Positions 18,602 through 28,464 of a stretch of DNA of 32,000 nucleotides are shown here, in pieces; the stretch's first letter is position 1; the number at the start of each line of letters is the position of its first letter. The stretch comes from Parasynechococcus marenigrum WH 8102. Lineage in GTDB: Bacteria > Cyanobacteriota > Cyanobacteriia > PCC-6307 > Cyanobiaceae. Made by a program: the position numbers and the translations under genes. The DNA is taken from NCBI RefSeq assembly GCF_000195975.1, contig NC_005070.1, forward strand, positions 1,920,001 to 1,952,000, in the 5' to 3' direction. A model generated the notes under the pieces. It had not been told where the DNA came from and searched no databases. It worked only from the letters and a program-made list of their open reading frames with translations.

Positions 18602-19935
18602 GCGACAACAGCCTTCAGGCCCTGCGGCAATGTCTGGCCCGGGACAGACGCCCTGGAGCCTGCGATGAATCCGGGGTCCGTCGCCTCTGGTGGGGCGCCC
18701 TCGAGATTCTCCAGGAGGAGCTGCTGGATCGCGATGCCCAGGAGGGAATCTGGCTGGCCTCTCCGCTGCCGGCGCTCTACGAACCTGAGCTTCTGGCCCG
18801 TCTGCAGGGCTGGGTGCTGGCGCCGGAGAACCTCGATCGCTTCAGTCCGTCCCATGCCGTCTTGCCGGGGAGCGGCGGCCATCGGCCGGAGGGCATGAGT
18901 TTCCGCCGGCTGCCCCTGCACCCTGAGGACGGATTAGATCCCCTGCTGATCGTCATCACACCGACCCTGCAGGTCGCACTGGCCATTCACGGCGATCAAG
19001 ACCGGCGTCAGCTGCTGATGCGCTGCGACCACGACACCCTGGGGGATGCCTTGTCTCTGTTCGGAACGCGGCTGCAGGGTCAGTCCCCCGATCTGGCTGA
19101 AGCCTTGAGAACACAGCTGAACGGTCTTGGCCCGCTGCACAGCGATCCTCAGCTGGACCAGCAGTTCTGGCCGCGGCTGGCGGAAAAGCTCACCGTGACG
19201 GCACCGAGCCTGACCCTGCAACCGACCCAGAGCAGCTCCGAATCAAACCAGGAGTCCTCCCACGACCTCACCTTGCTCGAGGCCATCACCCATGAGGTGC
19301 GCACACCCCTGGCCACGATCCGCACCCTGATCCGCTCGTTGCTGCGCCGGGACGACCTGCCCGCCGTGGTGCAGCAACGACTTCGACAGATCGATGGTGA
19401 ATGCAGTGAACAGATCGACCGCTTCGGGCTGATCTTCCATGCCGCCGAGCTGCAGCGCCAACCCGAGGGAACCCAGCTGGCCCGTACGGATCTCGGCTCC
19501 ATCCTTTGCAGTCTGGAACCGATCTGGCGGGACCAACTCGAGCGACGCCAACTCAGCCTCACGCTGGACGTACAGCCAGACCTACCCGATGTGCTCAGCG
19601 ACCCGGGGCGGCTTGAACCGATGCTAGGCGGTCTGATCGACCGGGTCAGCCGGGGGTTACCCGGCGGAACCGGCTTGCGACTGGAGCTGCAGCCGGCCGG
19701 CGCCCGCCTGAAACTGCAACTTCTGGTGCAGATGGGGGACGGGCCCGCGTCGACCGGATCGGGTTTGAGCACCGAACAAGTGGGCACCGTGCTCAGCTGG
19801 GATCCAGCCACCGGCAGCCTTCAGCTCAGTCAGTCGGCCACCCGTCAACTGATGGCCAGCCTCGGCGGGAGGTACCACGCACGACGCGATCGGGATCTCA
19901 CGGTGTTCTTCCCCGTGGCACCGTCTGCAACCTGA
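18595..19935 (+). CDS. histidine-kinase-like protein with canonical H-box but degenerate ATP-binding (CA) domain
   Basis: The ATG overlaps the SEDS gene stop (ATGGTGA). The H-box is LLEAITHEVRTPLATIRTLIRSL. Where the N, G1 and G2 boxes should be, I read GGLIDRVSRGL, VQMGDGPAS and TGSLQLSQS. The N-terminal ~220 aa have no TM helix, and I cannot name the domain. Confidence 0.7.
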   Translation: MVSDNSLQALRQCLARDRRPGACDESGVRRLWWGALEILQEELLDRDAQEGIWLASPLPALYEPELLARLQGWVLAPENLDRFSPSHAVLPGSGGHRPEGMSFRRLPLHPEDGLDPLLIVITPTLQVALAIHGDQDRRQLLMRCDHDTLGDALSLFGTRLQGQSPDLAEALRTQLNGLGPLHSDPQLDQQFWPRLAEKLTVTAPSLTLQPTQSSSESNQESSHDLTLLEAITHEVRTPLATIRTLIRSLLRRDDLPAVVQQRLRQIDGECSEQIDRFGLIFHAAELQRQPEGTQLARTDLGSILCSLEPIWRDQLERRQLSLTLDVQPDLPDVLSDPGRLEPMLGGLIDRVSRGLPGGTGLRLELQPAGARLKLQLLVQMGDGPASTGSGLSTEQVGTVLSWDPATGSLQLSQSATRQLMASLGGRYHARRDRDLTVFFPVAPSAT

Positions 19936-20046
19936 TAACGGGAACCGCTTTGTTGACGGGTGTGAAGGTTGCTTTCGCCAGCCAAATCAGGCCCCAACCA
20001 CGGTGCTACTTTCCAGTCGTAACGGACCGTCTGGATTACCGCAGCC

Positions 20047-20478
20047 ATGACAGCATCGGCGTTGAATGGTCAGCTTCCTCAGTTCATCGGCAGCACCGGT
20101 GGTCTGCTGAATGCCGCTGAAACCGAAGAGAAATACGCCATCACCTGGACCAGCAACAGCGCTCAGGCCTTTGAGCTGCCAACCGGCGGCGCCGCAATGA
20201 TGAATTCCGGCGAAAACATCATGTATTTCGCCCGCAAGGAACAGTGCCTTGCCCTCGGAACGCAGCTGCGCACCAAGTTCAAGCCCCGGATCGAGGATTA
20301 CAAGATCTACCGCATTTTCCCCGGCGGCGACACCGAATTCCTTTATCCCAAGGACGGTGTGGTCTCTGAGAAAGTGAACGAAGGTCGCACCATGGTGGGT
20401 CACAACTCCCGCCGCATCGGTCAGAACGTCAACCCCTCCAGCATCAAGTTCAGCGGTCGTAACACCTACGACTCCTGA
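20047..20478 (+). CDS. psaD: photosystem I reaction centre subunit II (PsaD)
   Basis: The product is 143 aa. [39 protein letters not shown]...LYPKDGV and GR..VG.N.R.IGQN are PsaD-specific. Confidence 0.95.
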   Translation: MTASALNGQLPQFIGSTGGLLNAAETEEKYAITWTSNSAQAFELPTGGAAMMNSGENIMYFARKEQCLALGTQLRTKFKPRIEDYKIYRIFPGGDTEFLYPKDGVVSEKVNEGRTMVGHNSRRIGQNVNPSSIKFSGRNTYDS

Positions 20479-20493
20479 TCCATCGCACTGACC

Positions 20494-20512
20494 CCGCCCC
20501 CCTCCGGGGCGG
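20494..20512 (+). promoter_or_regulatory. GC-rich stem-loop between psaD and trpE (no U-tract)
   Basis: The stem ccgcccc (20494-20500) / ggggcgg (20506-20512) has loop cctcc. It lies 15 nt after the psaD stop and 18 nt before the trpE ATG. It may act as an attenuator or mRNA-stabilising 3' hairpin, but this is unproven. Confidence 0.35.
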
Positions 20513-20530
20513 TGCTGCGAAGATGCCGTC

Positions 20531-22051
20531 ATGCTCAGTCCTGATCGCGTCGCCTTTCACGAGGCCGCAGCCAACGGTGCCAATCTGATTCCGCTGGCCC
20601 AGAGCTGGCCGGCGGATCTTGAAACCCCTCTGACGGCCTGGATCAAGGTCGGGGCCGATCATGCCCCTGGAGTGTTGTTGGAATCGGTTGAGGGTGGTGA
20701 AACCCTCGGCAGGTGGAGTGTGATCGCCTGCGATCCCCTGTGGACCGCATCAGCCCGCAACGATTGCCTGCAACGACGTTGGCGTGACGGCCGCGAGGAA
20801 ACCTTCCGTGGCAATCCCTTCGACAGTCTCAGGCGTTGTCTGGAGCCTTACCGCTGCATCAGCCTGCCCGGACTGCCACCGCTAGGGCAGCTCTACGGTG
20901 TCTGGGGCTATGAGCTGATTCAGTGGATTGAACCCAGTGTTCCGGTGCATCCGCGGCAGGAGTCGGATCCACCGGACGGCATCTGGATGCTGATGGACTC
21001 GATCCTGATTTTCGATCAGGTGAAGCGACAGATCACGGCCGTGGCCTTCGCCGACCTGAGCCAGGGTCAATCGGAAGACGCTGCCTGGGACGGGGCGATG
21101 GCGCGGATTGCAGCGCTCCGGCGGCGCATGGAAGCCCCGCTCCCTCTGGTGGATCCCCTTCCCTGGGATGCGCAGGCCAAGCAGCTTCCCGATGTGAAGA
21201 GCAACTGCAGCCAGGAGCGCTTCGAGGCGGCGGTCGACACCGCCCGGGAACACATCGCCGCCGGTGACGTCTTCCAGCTGGTGATCAGCCAACGCCTGGA
21301 GACGGTTGTTCCCCAGCAGCCGCTGGAGCTCTATCGCAGCCTGCGGATGGTCAATCCATCGCCCTACATGGCCTTCTTCGACTTCGGCGACTGGCAGTTG
21401 ATCGGATCGAGTCCGGAGGTGATGGTGCAGGCCGACCCTGCGCCGGAGGGCATCCGAGCCAGCCTCAGACCCATTGCCGGCACCCGTCCGCGCGGCACGA
21501 CAGCCCATGAGGATCGCGACCTGGAGCTGGATCTGCTGGCCGACCCCAAGGAACGTGCCGAGCACGTGATGCTGGTGGATCTCGGCCGCAATGACCTCGG
21601 CAGGGTCTGTCAGCCCGGCAGTGTGGCGGTGAAGGATCTGATGGTGATCGAGCGGTACTCGCACGTGATGCACATCGTCAGCCAGGTGGAGGGGCGTCTG
21701 GCCCCCCAGCACGACGTGTGGGACCTGCTGATGGCATCCTTCCCTGCCGGAACCGTGAGTGGAGCCCCCAAGATCCGTGCCATGCAGCTGATCCATGAGC
21801 TGGAACCCGATGCCCGAGGCCCCTATTCCGGTGTGTATGGATCGGTGGATCTGGCGGGAGCCCTGAACACCGCCATCACGATCCGCACCATGGTGGTTCA
21901 ACCGGACCCGTCCGGTGGTTGCAGGGTGAAGGTGCAGGCGGGTGCAGGCGTGGTGGCGGATTCGAAGCCCACGGCGGAATACCAGGAGACCCTCAACAAG
22001 GCCCGCGGGATGCTCACGGCCCTGGCCTGCCTCAACCCGGAGCGGCCATGA
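20531..22051 (+). CDS. trpE: anthranilate synthase component I
   Basis: The product is 506 aa. The N-terminal LIPL....AD.ETPL, then SPYMAFF, IAGTRPRG, LL.D.KE.AEH.MLVDL.RND and FPAGT.SGAPK.RAM are chorismate-binding / TrpE motifs. Confidence 0.92.
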   Translation: MLSPDRVAFHEAAANGANLIPLAQSWPADLETPLTAWIKVGADHAPGVLLESVEGGETLGRWSVIACDPLWTASARNDCLQRRWRDGREETFRGNPFDSLRRCLEPYRCISLPGLPPLGQLYGVWGYELIQWIEPSVPVHPRQESDPPDGIWMLMDSILIFDQVKRQITAVAFADLSQGQSEDAAWDGAMARIAALRRRMEAPLPLVDPLPWDAQAKQLPDVKSNCSQERFEAAVDTAREHIAAGDVFQLVISQRLETVVPQQPLELYRSLRMVNPSPYMAFFDFGDWQLIGSSPEVMVQADPAPEGIRASLRPIAGTRPRGTTAHEDRDLELDLLADPKERAEHVMLVDLGRNDLGRVCQPGSVAVKDLMVIERYSHVMHIVSQVEGRLAPQHDVWDLLMASFPAGTVSGAPKIRAMQLIHELEPDARGPYSGVYGSVDLAGALNTAITIRTMVVQPDPSGGCRVKVQAGAGVVADSKPTAEYQETLNKARGMLTALACLNPERP

Positions 22052-23190
22052 GCGAAGGGCTGCTGCTCAAGGGCTTTGAAGTGGAGCTGTTCACCGGGCG
22101 ACCGGACGGCACCAACGTGGGCGTTGCCAGCGAGGTGGCTCGGGATCTCAGTGATTTCGTCACGGAACCGGACCACCGCAACCTGGAGTACATCACCCCG
22201 CCGATCAGCGACTACAAGGCTCTACCGGAGGCCCTGCTGCAACCGCGCCGGCGGCTGCGCCAATGGCTGGCTCCCCGGGGCCTGACCCTGCTACCGGGCA
22301 GCACCCTGAGCCTGGGCGACAGCACCAGCTTCGAGCGATCGGATCCCACCAATCCCTATCACGACCTGATCGAAACGACTTACGGCACCAAGGTCGTGAC
22401 CGCCAGCATTCACATCAACTTGGGCATCACGGACCTGGATTGGCTGTTTGCAGCCGTGCGGCTGATGCGTTGCGAAGCGGCCTTGCTGCTCTCCCTCAGT
22501 GCCAGCTCACCGTTTCTCGGTGGTGAGCTGACCGGCCACCACTCGCAGCGCTGGCATCAGTTTCCCCTGACCCCACGGCAGGTGCCGTTGTTCCTGGATC
22601 ACTCCCACTACACGCAGTGGGTGGAGCAGCGCCTGGCCGATGGCCAGATGCGCAACGAACGCCATCTCTGGACCTCCGTTCGCCCCAACGGACCGCGACG
22701 GCCCTACGACCTCAACCGCCTGGAACTGCGCATCTGTGATCTGATCACCGACCCGGCGGAACTGCTGGCGATCACGGCTTTGCTGGAACTGCGGCTGCTG
22801 GAGCTGCGGGATGCCCCGCAGCGGCTGGATCCACTCCAGGCCAGTGACCTCAGCGCAGAGGAGCTGGCGGAGCTGGCCGACAGCAATGACGCCGCCGCGG
22901 CCCGCTACAGCCTCGATGCCACGCTCCAGCACTGGCAGGACGGCCGTGCGGTGACCGGCCGGGCCTGGATTGCGGAGGTTCTCGAGCAATTGAGCCCCCG
23001 GGCCGAAGCCCTCGGCCTCAGCGAGCGGCTTCAACCGCTGGGTCGGCTGCTGGAATCCGGCAACCAAGCCATGCGTTGGACAGCAGCCATTGAGCAGGGC
23101 TGCAGCATCGGAGACCTTCTGCGGCAGGGCAGTTGTGCCATGAAGGATCAGGAAGAGTCCGTCGCCCCCCTGAGCGGCGCTTTGGGATGA
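22048..23190 (+). CDS. gshA: glutamate--cysteine ligase (cyanobacterial type)
   Basis: ATG 22048 overlaps the trpE stop (ATGA). [17 protein letters not shown]...NLEYITPP... and the length of about 380 aa match cyanobacterial GshA as I remember it. The track ORF start at 21919 lies inside trpE. Confidence 0.78.
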   Translation: MSEGLLLKGFEVELFTGRPDGTNVGVASEVARDLSDFVTEPDHRNLEYITPPISDYKALPEALLQPRRRLRQWLAPRGLTLLPGSTLSLGDSTSFERSDPTNPYHDLIETTYGTKVVTASIHINLGITDLDWLFAAVRLMRCEAALLLSLSASSPFLGGELTGHHSQRWHQFPLTPRQVPLFLDHSHYTQWVEQRLADGQMRNERHLWTSVRPNGPRRPYDLNRLELRICDLITDPAELLAITALLELRLLELRDAPQRLDPLQASDLSAEELAELADSNDAAAARYSLDATLQHWQDGRAVTGRAWIAEVLEQLSPRAEALGLSERLQPLGRLLESGNQAMRWTAAIEQGCSIGDLLRQGSCAMKDQEESVAPLSGALG

Positions 23191-26100
23191 TCATGCGCAG
23201 TCCCGAGACCAGCGGAGCGTCGATGCCCCAGTCCACCGCCCATGTCCCCGACGGCGAGCAGCCAAGGGCCAGCGGTGGCAGCCCCGGCGCCGGCCGCCTG
23301 CTGCAGCATCGCCTCGAGCTGGTGGAAGACCTGTGGCAGACCGTGCTGCGCAGCGAATGCCCCCCGGAACAAAGCGAGCGACTGCTTCGCCTCAAGCAGC
23401 TGAGTGATCCGGTGGCCCTGGAAGGCCGCGACGGTGAGAGCAGCAGCGAGGCGATCGTTGAGCTGATCCGCAGCATGGATCTCTCCGAGGCCATCGCAGC
23501 AGCCCGTGCTTTCTCGCTGTATTTCCAGCTGATCAACATCCTCGAGCAGCGCATCGAAGAAGACAGCTATCTCGACAGCCTTCGTCCCAGCCGCAGCCAG
23601 GACGACGAGACCGCGGCGCCCTTTGATCCCTTCGCGCCGCCCCTGGCCAGCCAGACCGACCCCGCCACATTCGGCGAGGTGTTCGAGCGGCTGCGGCGGA
23701 TGAACGTTCCCCCCGCGCAGGTGGAGACGCTCCTGCGGGAACTTGACATCCGACTGGTGTTCACCGCCCACCCGACGGAAATCGTGCGGCACACCGTGCG
23801 GCACAAACAGCGGAAGGTGGCCTCCCTGCTGCAGCGGTTGCAGTCAGAGCCAGCGCTGCCCCGCTACGACGAAGAGGAATTGCGACGCCAGCTGGAGGAG
23901 GAGATCCGCCTCTGGTGGCGCACCGATGAGCTGCACCAGTTCAAACCGACGGTGCTGGATGAGGTGGATTCAACCCTGCACTACTTCCAGCAGGTGCTGT
24001 TCGAGGCGATGCCGCAGCTGCGGAGGCGGCTGGTGTCATCCCTGAGCCGGCACTACCCCGATGTGCAGTTCCCCCAGGCGTCCTTCTGCACCTTCGGGTC
24101 CTGGGTGGGGTCCGACCGCGACGGCAACCCCTCGGTCACCCCGGAGATCACCTGGCGGACCGCCTGTTATCAGCGCCAGCTGATGCTGGAGCTCTACATC
24201 GGCTCGGTGCAATCCCTGCGCAACCAGCTGAGCATCTCGATGCAGTGGAGCCAGGTGGCCCCACCACTGCTGGAATCGCTGGAAATGGACCGGCTGCGCT
24301 TCCCGGAAATCTATGAGCGCCGGGCCGCCCGCTATCGGCTGGAGCCCTACCGGCTCAAGCTCAGCTACATCCTCGAACGGCTGGAGCTCACGCTGCAGCG
24401 CAACCATCAGATGTCGGAGGCTGGCTGGCAGTCGCCGCCCGAACCCGCCGCCACAGCGCCAACCGATGGGATCCCGGGCCATGAGGCGCTGCACTACACC
24501 GCCATCGATCAGTTCCGCAGTGATCTGGAACTGATCCGCAACAGCCTCGTCAGCACCGAGCTGAGCTGCGAACAGCTCGACACCCTGCTCAATCAGGTCC
24601 ACATCTTCGGGTTCTCCCTGGCGAGCCTGGACATCCGGCAGGAGAGCACCCGCCACAGCGACGCCATCGATGAGCTGACCACCCACCTGCAGCTTCCAAA
24701 GGCCTACGGCGCCATGGAGGAATCCGAGCGGGTGGCCTGGCTGCTGGAGGAACTGCAGACCCGCCGGCCGCTGATCCCCGCGGCGGTCGAATGGTCCGAA
24801 GCCACCGCCCAGACCTTTGCGGTGTTCCAGATGCTGCATCGCCTGCAGCAGGAATTCGGTCAGCGGATCTGCCACTCCTACGTGATCTCCATGAGTCACA
24901 CCGCCTCCGACCTGCTGGAGGTGATGCTGCTGGCGAAGGAGATCGGCCTTGTGGACCCGCAGGCCGGCAAGGCATCGCTGTTGGTGGTGCCCCTGTTCGA
25001 AACGGTGGAAGACCTGCAGCGGGCCCCAGCGGTGATGGACGGCCTGTTCCAGACACCGATCTACCGGAATCTGCTCCCCAGTGTCGGCGTCCAGCGACAG
25101 CCCCTGCAGGAGCTGATGCTCGGGTACTCCGACAGCAACAAGGACTCGGGCTTCCTCTCCAGCAACTGGGAGATTCACCAGGCGCAGATCGCCCTGCAAA
25201 CCCTGGCCAGCAGCCACGGTGTGGCCCTACGGCTGTTCCACGGCCGGGGTGGATCGGTGAGCCGCGGCGGCGGCCCGGCCTACCAGGCCATCCTTGCCCA
25301 GCCCAGCGGCACACTGCAGGGCCGGATCAAGATCACCGAACAGGGTGAGGTGCTGGCCTCCAAGTACGGCCTGCCGGAACTTGCCCTCTACAACCTGGAA
25401 ACCGTCACGACGGCGGTGGTGCAGAACAGCTTGGTGACCAACCAGCTGGATGCCACCCCGAGCTGGAACCAGTTGATGAGCCGCGTGGCCAAGCGCTCCC
25501 GCGAGCATTACCGGGCCCTGGTCCACGATAACCCCGATCTGGTGGCGTTTTTCCAGCAGGTCACCCCGATCGAGGAGATCAGCAAGCTGCAGATCTCCAG
25601 CCGTCCGGCTCGCCGCAAGACCGGCGCCCGGGATCTCTCCAGTCTGCGGGCAATCCCCTGGGTGTTCGGCTGGACCCAAAGCCGGTTCCTGCTGCCGAGC
25701 TGGTTCGGTGTGGGCACCGCCCTGGCGGAGGAGGTCAACGACGACCCTGAGCAACTGGACCTGCTGCGGCGACTGCATCAGCGCTGGCCGTTTTTCCGGA
25801 TGCTGATTTCCAAGGTGGAGATGACGCTGTCCAAGGTCGATCTCGACCTGGCGCACCACTACATGAGCAGCCTCGGCAACCCGGAGCAGCGCGATGCCTT
25901 TGAAGGCATCTTCAAGGTGATCGCCGATGAATACGGCCGCACCCTGAAGCTGGTGCTCGAAATCACCGGTCAGAGCCGCCTGCTGGGGGCCGATCAGAAC
26001 CTGCAGCTGTCGGTGGATCTGCGCAACCGCACCATTGTTCCCCTGGGCTTCCTGCAGGTGGCCCTGCTGCGGCGACTGCGGGATCAGAACCGCCAGCCTC

Positions 26101-26219
26101 CCATGAGCGAATCCCCTGGAACGCCGGAGGACCGCCGCACCTACAGCCGCAGTGAACTGCTGCGGGGCGCATTGCTCACCCTCAACGGCATCGCCGCCGG
26201 CATGCGCAACACCGGCTGA
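23187..26219 (+). CDS. ppc: phosphoenolpyruvate carboxylase
   Basis: The product is about 1010 aa from ATG 23187, which overlaps the gshA stop (ATGA). [46 protein letters not shown] and the C-terminal ...[10 protein letters not shown] are the PEPC signatures. Confidence 0.95.
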   Translation: MIMRSPETSGASMPQSTAHVPDGEQPRASGGSPGAGRLLQHRLELVEDLWQTVLRSECPPEQSERLLRLKQLSDPVALEGRDGESSSEAIVELIRSMDLSEAIAAARAFSLYFQLINILEQRIEEDSYLDSLRPSRSQDDETAAPFDPFAPPLASQTDPATFGEVFERLRRMNVPPAQVETLLRELDIRLVFTAHPTEIVRHTVRHKQRKVASLLQRLQSEPALPRYDEEELRRQLEEEIRLWWRTDELHQFKPTVLDEVDSTLHYFQQVLFEAMPQLRRRLVSSLSRHYPDVQFPQASFCTFGSWVGSDRDGNPSVTPEITWRTACYQRQLMLELYIGSVQSLRNQLSISMQWSQVAPPLLESLEMDRLRFPEIYERRAARYRLEPYRLKLSYILERLELTLQRNHQMSEAGWQSPPEPAATAPTDGIPGHEALHYTAIDQFRSDLELIRNSLVSTELSCEQLDTLLNQVHIFGFSLASLDIRQESTRHSDAIDELTTHLQLPKAYGAMEESERVAWLLEELQTRRPLIPAAVEWSEATAQTFAVFQMLHRLQQEFGQRICHSYVISMSHTASDLLEVMLLAKEIGLVDPQAGKASLLVVPLFETVEDLQRAPAVMDGLFQTPIYRNLLPSVGVQRQPLQELMLGYSDSNKDSGFLSSNWEIHQAQIALQTLASSHGVALRLFHGRGGSVSRGGGPAYQAILAQPSGTLQGRIKITEQGEVLASKYGLPELALYNLETVTTAVVQNSLVTNQLDATPSWNQLMSRVAKRSREHYRALVHDNPDLVAFFQQVTPIEEISKLQISSRPARRKTGARDLSSLRAIPWVFGWTQSRFLLPSWFGVGTALAEEVNDDPEQLDLLRRLHQRWPFFRMLISKVEMTLSKVDLDLAHHYMSSLGNPEQRDAFEGIFKVIADEYGRTLKLVLEITGQSRLLGADQNLQLSVDLRNRTIVPLGFLQVALLRRLRDQNRQPPMSESPGTPEDRRTYSRSELLRGALLTLNGIAAGMRNTG

Positions 26220-26223
26220 TCCC

Positions 26224-26697
26224 TTGCTTTCGTTCCTTCAGCAGCCCAGTGTTCCTCAACTTCCCGAGGGATACCGCCTCGAAACCGGTGAGGTGCCATC
26301 ACCGGCAGCCATCAACCGATTGCTGGCGTCCTGCCAGGAATCCACCCACCCGGAAGAACTTTGGCCCAAGGCGATGGAGCGCAGCCTGTGGCAGATCAGC
26401 ATCCTTGAGGAGTCCACGGGGGAGCTGGTGGGATTCGTGCGCGCCACCAGCGACATGGCCCTCAACGCCAATCTCTGGAATCTGTCCGCCCGTCCGGGAC
26501 CGGATCAGGGCCGGCTGCTGACGGTTCTGATGCATCGAGCCCTGCACATCCTGCGGCGAGACCTGCCCGGCTGCAGCCTGTCCGTCTCCGCGCCGGCGAT
26601 GTCGCTCGAGGCGCTGAAGGGTCAGGGTTTTGTGATCGACCCCAGTGGCATCCGGGCCATGGGGTTGAGGCTGAAATCAACCTCTGGAACTGACTGA
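26224..26697 (+). CDS. GNAT-family N-acetyltransferase (putative)
   Basis: GELVGFVRATSDMALNANLWNLSARP......L...MHRALHILRR has the look of the GNAT beta4-alpha3 core. No ATG is available after the ppc stop, so TTG 26224 or GTG 26293 must be the start. The stop is 3 nt from tRNA-Arg. Confidence 0.55.
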   Translation: MLSFLQQPSVPQLPEGYRLETGEVPSPAAINRLLASCQESTHPEELWPKAMERSLWQISILEESTGELVGFVRATSDMALNANLWNLSARPGPDQGRLLTVLMHRALHILRRDLPGCSLSVSAPAMSLEALKGQGFVIDPSGIRAMGLRLKSTSGTD

Positions 26698-26700
26698 ACA

Positions 26701-26774
26701 CGAGCATGGAGGGATTCGAACCCCCGACCCTCAGAACCGGAATCTGATGCTCTATCCAACTGAGCTACATGCCC
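26701..26774 (-). tRNA. tRNA-Arg (CCG)
   Basis: The reverse complement GGGCATGTAGCTCAGTTGGATAGAGCATCAGATTCCGGTTCTGAGGGTCGGGGGTTCGAATCCCTCCATGCTCG folds as a cloverleaf. It has D-arm GCTC/AGTTGGATA/GAGC, anticodon stem TCAGA/TCTGA with loop TTCCGGT, and a T-loop TTCGAAT. CCA is not encoded. Confidence 0.92.
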
Positions 26775-26859
26775 ACTGGCCTCAGTGAGGTAACAGCAGG
26801 AGACCGCCCGACAGGCCGGCCCGTTGTTAGTACCTTACCCAAACGCCGCTCTGTGACCC

Positions 26860-27978
26860 ATCCGGCTCCAAACGCTCCAGCTGCAGGGGTTTCGGAACCA
26901 CAGGAAGCTGTCGCTGGAGCTGACCCAGCCGCGGTTGCTGGTGATCGGCCCCAACGGCATCGGCAAATCAAATCTGCTGGAGGCCGTGGAGCTGCTGGGC
27001 AGCCTGCGCTCGCATCGCTGCAGCCAGGACCGTGACCTGATCCAGTGGGAGGCACCGCGGGCCCTGCTGCGGGCCGGCCTGGATGATGGCGATCAGCTGG
27101 AGCTGGAGCTGCGTCGCCAAGGGGGGCGCCAGGCCCGTCGCAACGGCAAGACCCTGGATCGCCAATTGGATCTGATCGGTCCGCTGCGCTGCATCGGTTT
27201 CAGCGCCCTCGATCTGGAGTTGGTGCGGGGAGAACCGGCCCTGCGGCGGCAGTGGCTCGACCGCGTGGTGCTGCAGCTGGAGCCCGTCTATGCCGATCTG
27301 CTCGGCCGCTACAACCGCCTGCTGCGCCAACGCAGCCAGCTCTGGCGTCGTGGTGCGCAGACCAACCCGAACCAGCGGGACGCCTTGCTCGATGCCTTCG
27401 ATGTGCAGATGGCCCTGGTGAGCACGCGCATTCACCGCCGCCGCCAACGGGCGTTGCGGCGCCTGGAACCGATCGCGCGCCGCTGGCAGTCGCACCTCAG
27501 TGCCGGGAGCGAGGAGCTGGAATTGCACTACCAACCGGGCAGTCGCCTCGATGCCGAGGAAGCGGAGGAGCCATGGCGACTGGCCATCGAAGAGCAGCTG
27601 CGGCTGCAACGGCCGGAGGAGGAACGGTTGGGCAGCTGCCGGGTGGGGCCCCATCGCGATGAAGTGTCCCTGCAACTGGGGGGAACACCGGCGCGGCGGT
27701 TCGGATCATCGGGCCAGCAACGCTCGCTGGTGCTGGGGCTGAAACTGGCGGAACTGGAACTGGTGACCCAGCTGTTCGGCGAGGCGCCGCTGCTGCTGCT
27801 GGACGATGTGCTGGCGGAACTCGACCCCACCCGTCAGCACCTGCTGCTGGAGGCGGTGGGGCAGGAGCATCAATGCCTGGTGAGCGCCACCCACCTGAGC
27901 GGCTTTGAGGGCGGCTGGCGGGAGCATTCGCAGATTCTCAAACCTGGAGACCTGAGTCCAGGGGTGGAGATCGGATAA
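26860..27978 (+). CDS. recF: DNA replication and repair protein RecF (start codon uncertain: ATC 26860, CTG 26881 or TTG 26935)
   Basis: Walker A is [24 protein letters not shown]. The C-terminal part has the [15 protein letters not shown] signature and Walker [13 protein letters not shown]. The conserved N-terminal strand (I)[13 protein letters not shown] is in frame just after a TGA at 26854-26856. Confidence 0.85.
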   Translation: MRLQTLQLQGFRNHRKLSLELTQPRLLVIGPNGIGKSNLLEAVELLGSLRSHRCSQDRDLIQWEAPRALLRAGLDDGDQLELELRRQGGRQARRNGKTLDRQLDLIGPLRCIGFSALDLELVRGEPALRRQWLDRVVLQLEPVYADLLGRYNRLLRQRSQLWRRGAQTNPNQRDALLDAFDVQMALVSTRIHRRRQRALRRLEPIARRWQSHLSAGSEELELHYQPGSRLDAEEAEEPWRLAIEEQLRLQRPEEERLGSCRVGPHRDEVSLQLGGTPARRFGSSGQQRSLVLGLKLAELELVTQLFGEAPLLLLDDVLAELDPTRQHLLLEAVGQEHQCLVSATHLSGFEGGWREHSQILKPGDLSPGVEIG

Positions 27979-28077
27979 TCTGTTGTGCTGTTTTTCCCTG
28001 ATCGCCTGATGGAGCAGACCCTGTCTGACCTGCATCCCAACCCGGGATGGGAGGACACCCAGTTGCAAGCCACCGAC

Positions 28078-28464
28078 ATGGTTGGCAAACACTGCATTCT
28101 CGAGCTTTACGACTGCGATCCTGCCCGGCTCGACGACGAAGCATTCCTGAGAACCACCATCACGACAGCAGCGAAACGTGCTGGTGCCACCCTTCTCAAT
28201 CTGATCACCCACAGCTTCGAGCCCCAGGGCGTCACGGGACTGGCCCTGCTGGCGGAATCGCACATCTCCATCCACACCTGGCCCGAGAGCGGTTATGCCG
28301 CCGTGGATGTGTTCACCTGCGGTGACCACACGATGCCGGAACAGGCCTGCGCCGTTCTGCGGGACGAACTGCGGGCCCAGCGCCATGCCCTGAGGAGTTT
28401 TCGCAGGGAAACACCGGCGGCTGTGGCCGACACCGTGCGCGAACCGATCCAGCTGCCTGGCTGA
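28078..28464 (+). CDS. speH: S-adenosylmethionine decarboxylase proenzyme (small bacterial SpeH/SpeD class)
   Basis: [14 protein letters not shown]... is followed by [14 protein letters not shown] (self-cleavage at E-S, pyruvoyl formation) and [12 protein letters not shown] 28078 matches the homologue N-termini I remember. The ORF is open from GTG 27985. Confidence 0.85.
   Translation: MVGKHCILELYDCDPARLDDEAFLRTTITTAAKRAGATLLNLITHSFEPQGVTGLALLAESHISIHTWPESGYAAVDVFTCGDHTMPEQACAVLRDELRAQRHALRSFRRETPAAVADTVREPIQLPG

Noticed and set aside
19936-20046. Sigma70-type promoter for psaD (TTGACG at 19953-19958), and -10-like TATAGAAT near 3042-3050 upstream of rpcG
   Set aside because: The TTGACG has no acceptable -10 hexamer at 16-18 nt spacing. 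The rpcG-upstream match is a lone AT-rich hexamer in AT-rich DNA. Neither can be supported without transcription start site data.
20882-21901. 339-aa ORF antisense to trpE
   Set aside because: The trpE frame carries every chorismate-binding motif. The antisense product has no motifs and shows a high-GC third-position mirror effect.
24036-25217. 393-aa ORF antisense to ppc, with other overlapping ORFs at 23148-23804, 24589-25314 and 25227-25859
   Set aside because: ppc is unambiguous across this whole span, with all PEPC signatures in frame. The antisense translations are repetitive and rich in G, Q, L and R, with no family resemblance.
26769-27035. 88-aa ORF upstream of and overlapping recF, in another frame, containing GTG 26853
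   Set aside because: The translation (…[19 protein letters not shown]…) is not RecF-like, whereas the recF frame already encodes the conserved N-terminal strand. So a frameshifted start is not supported.
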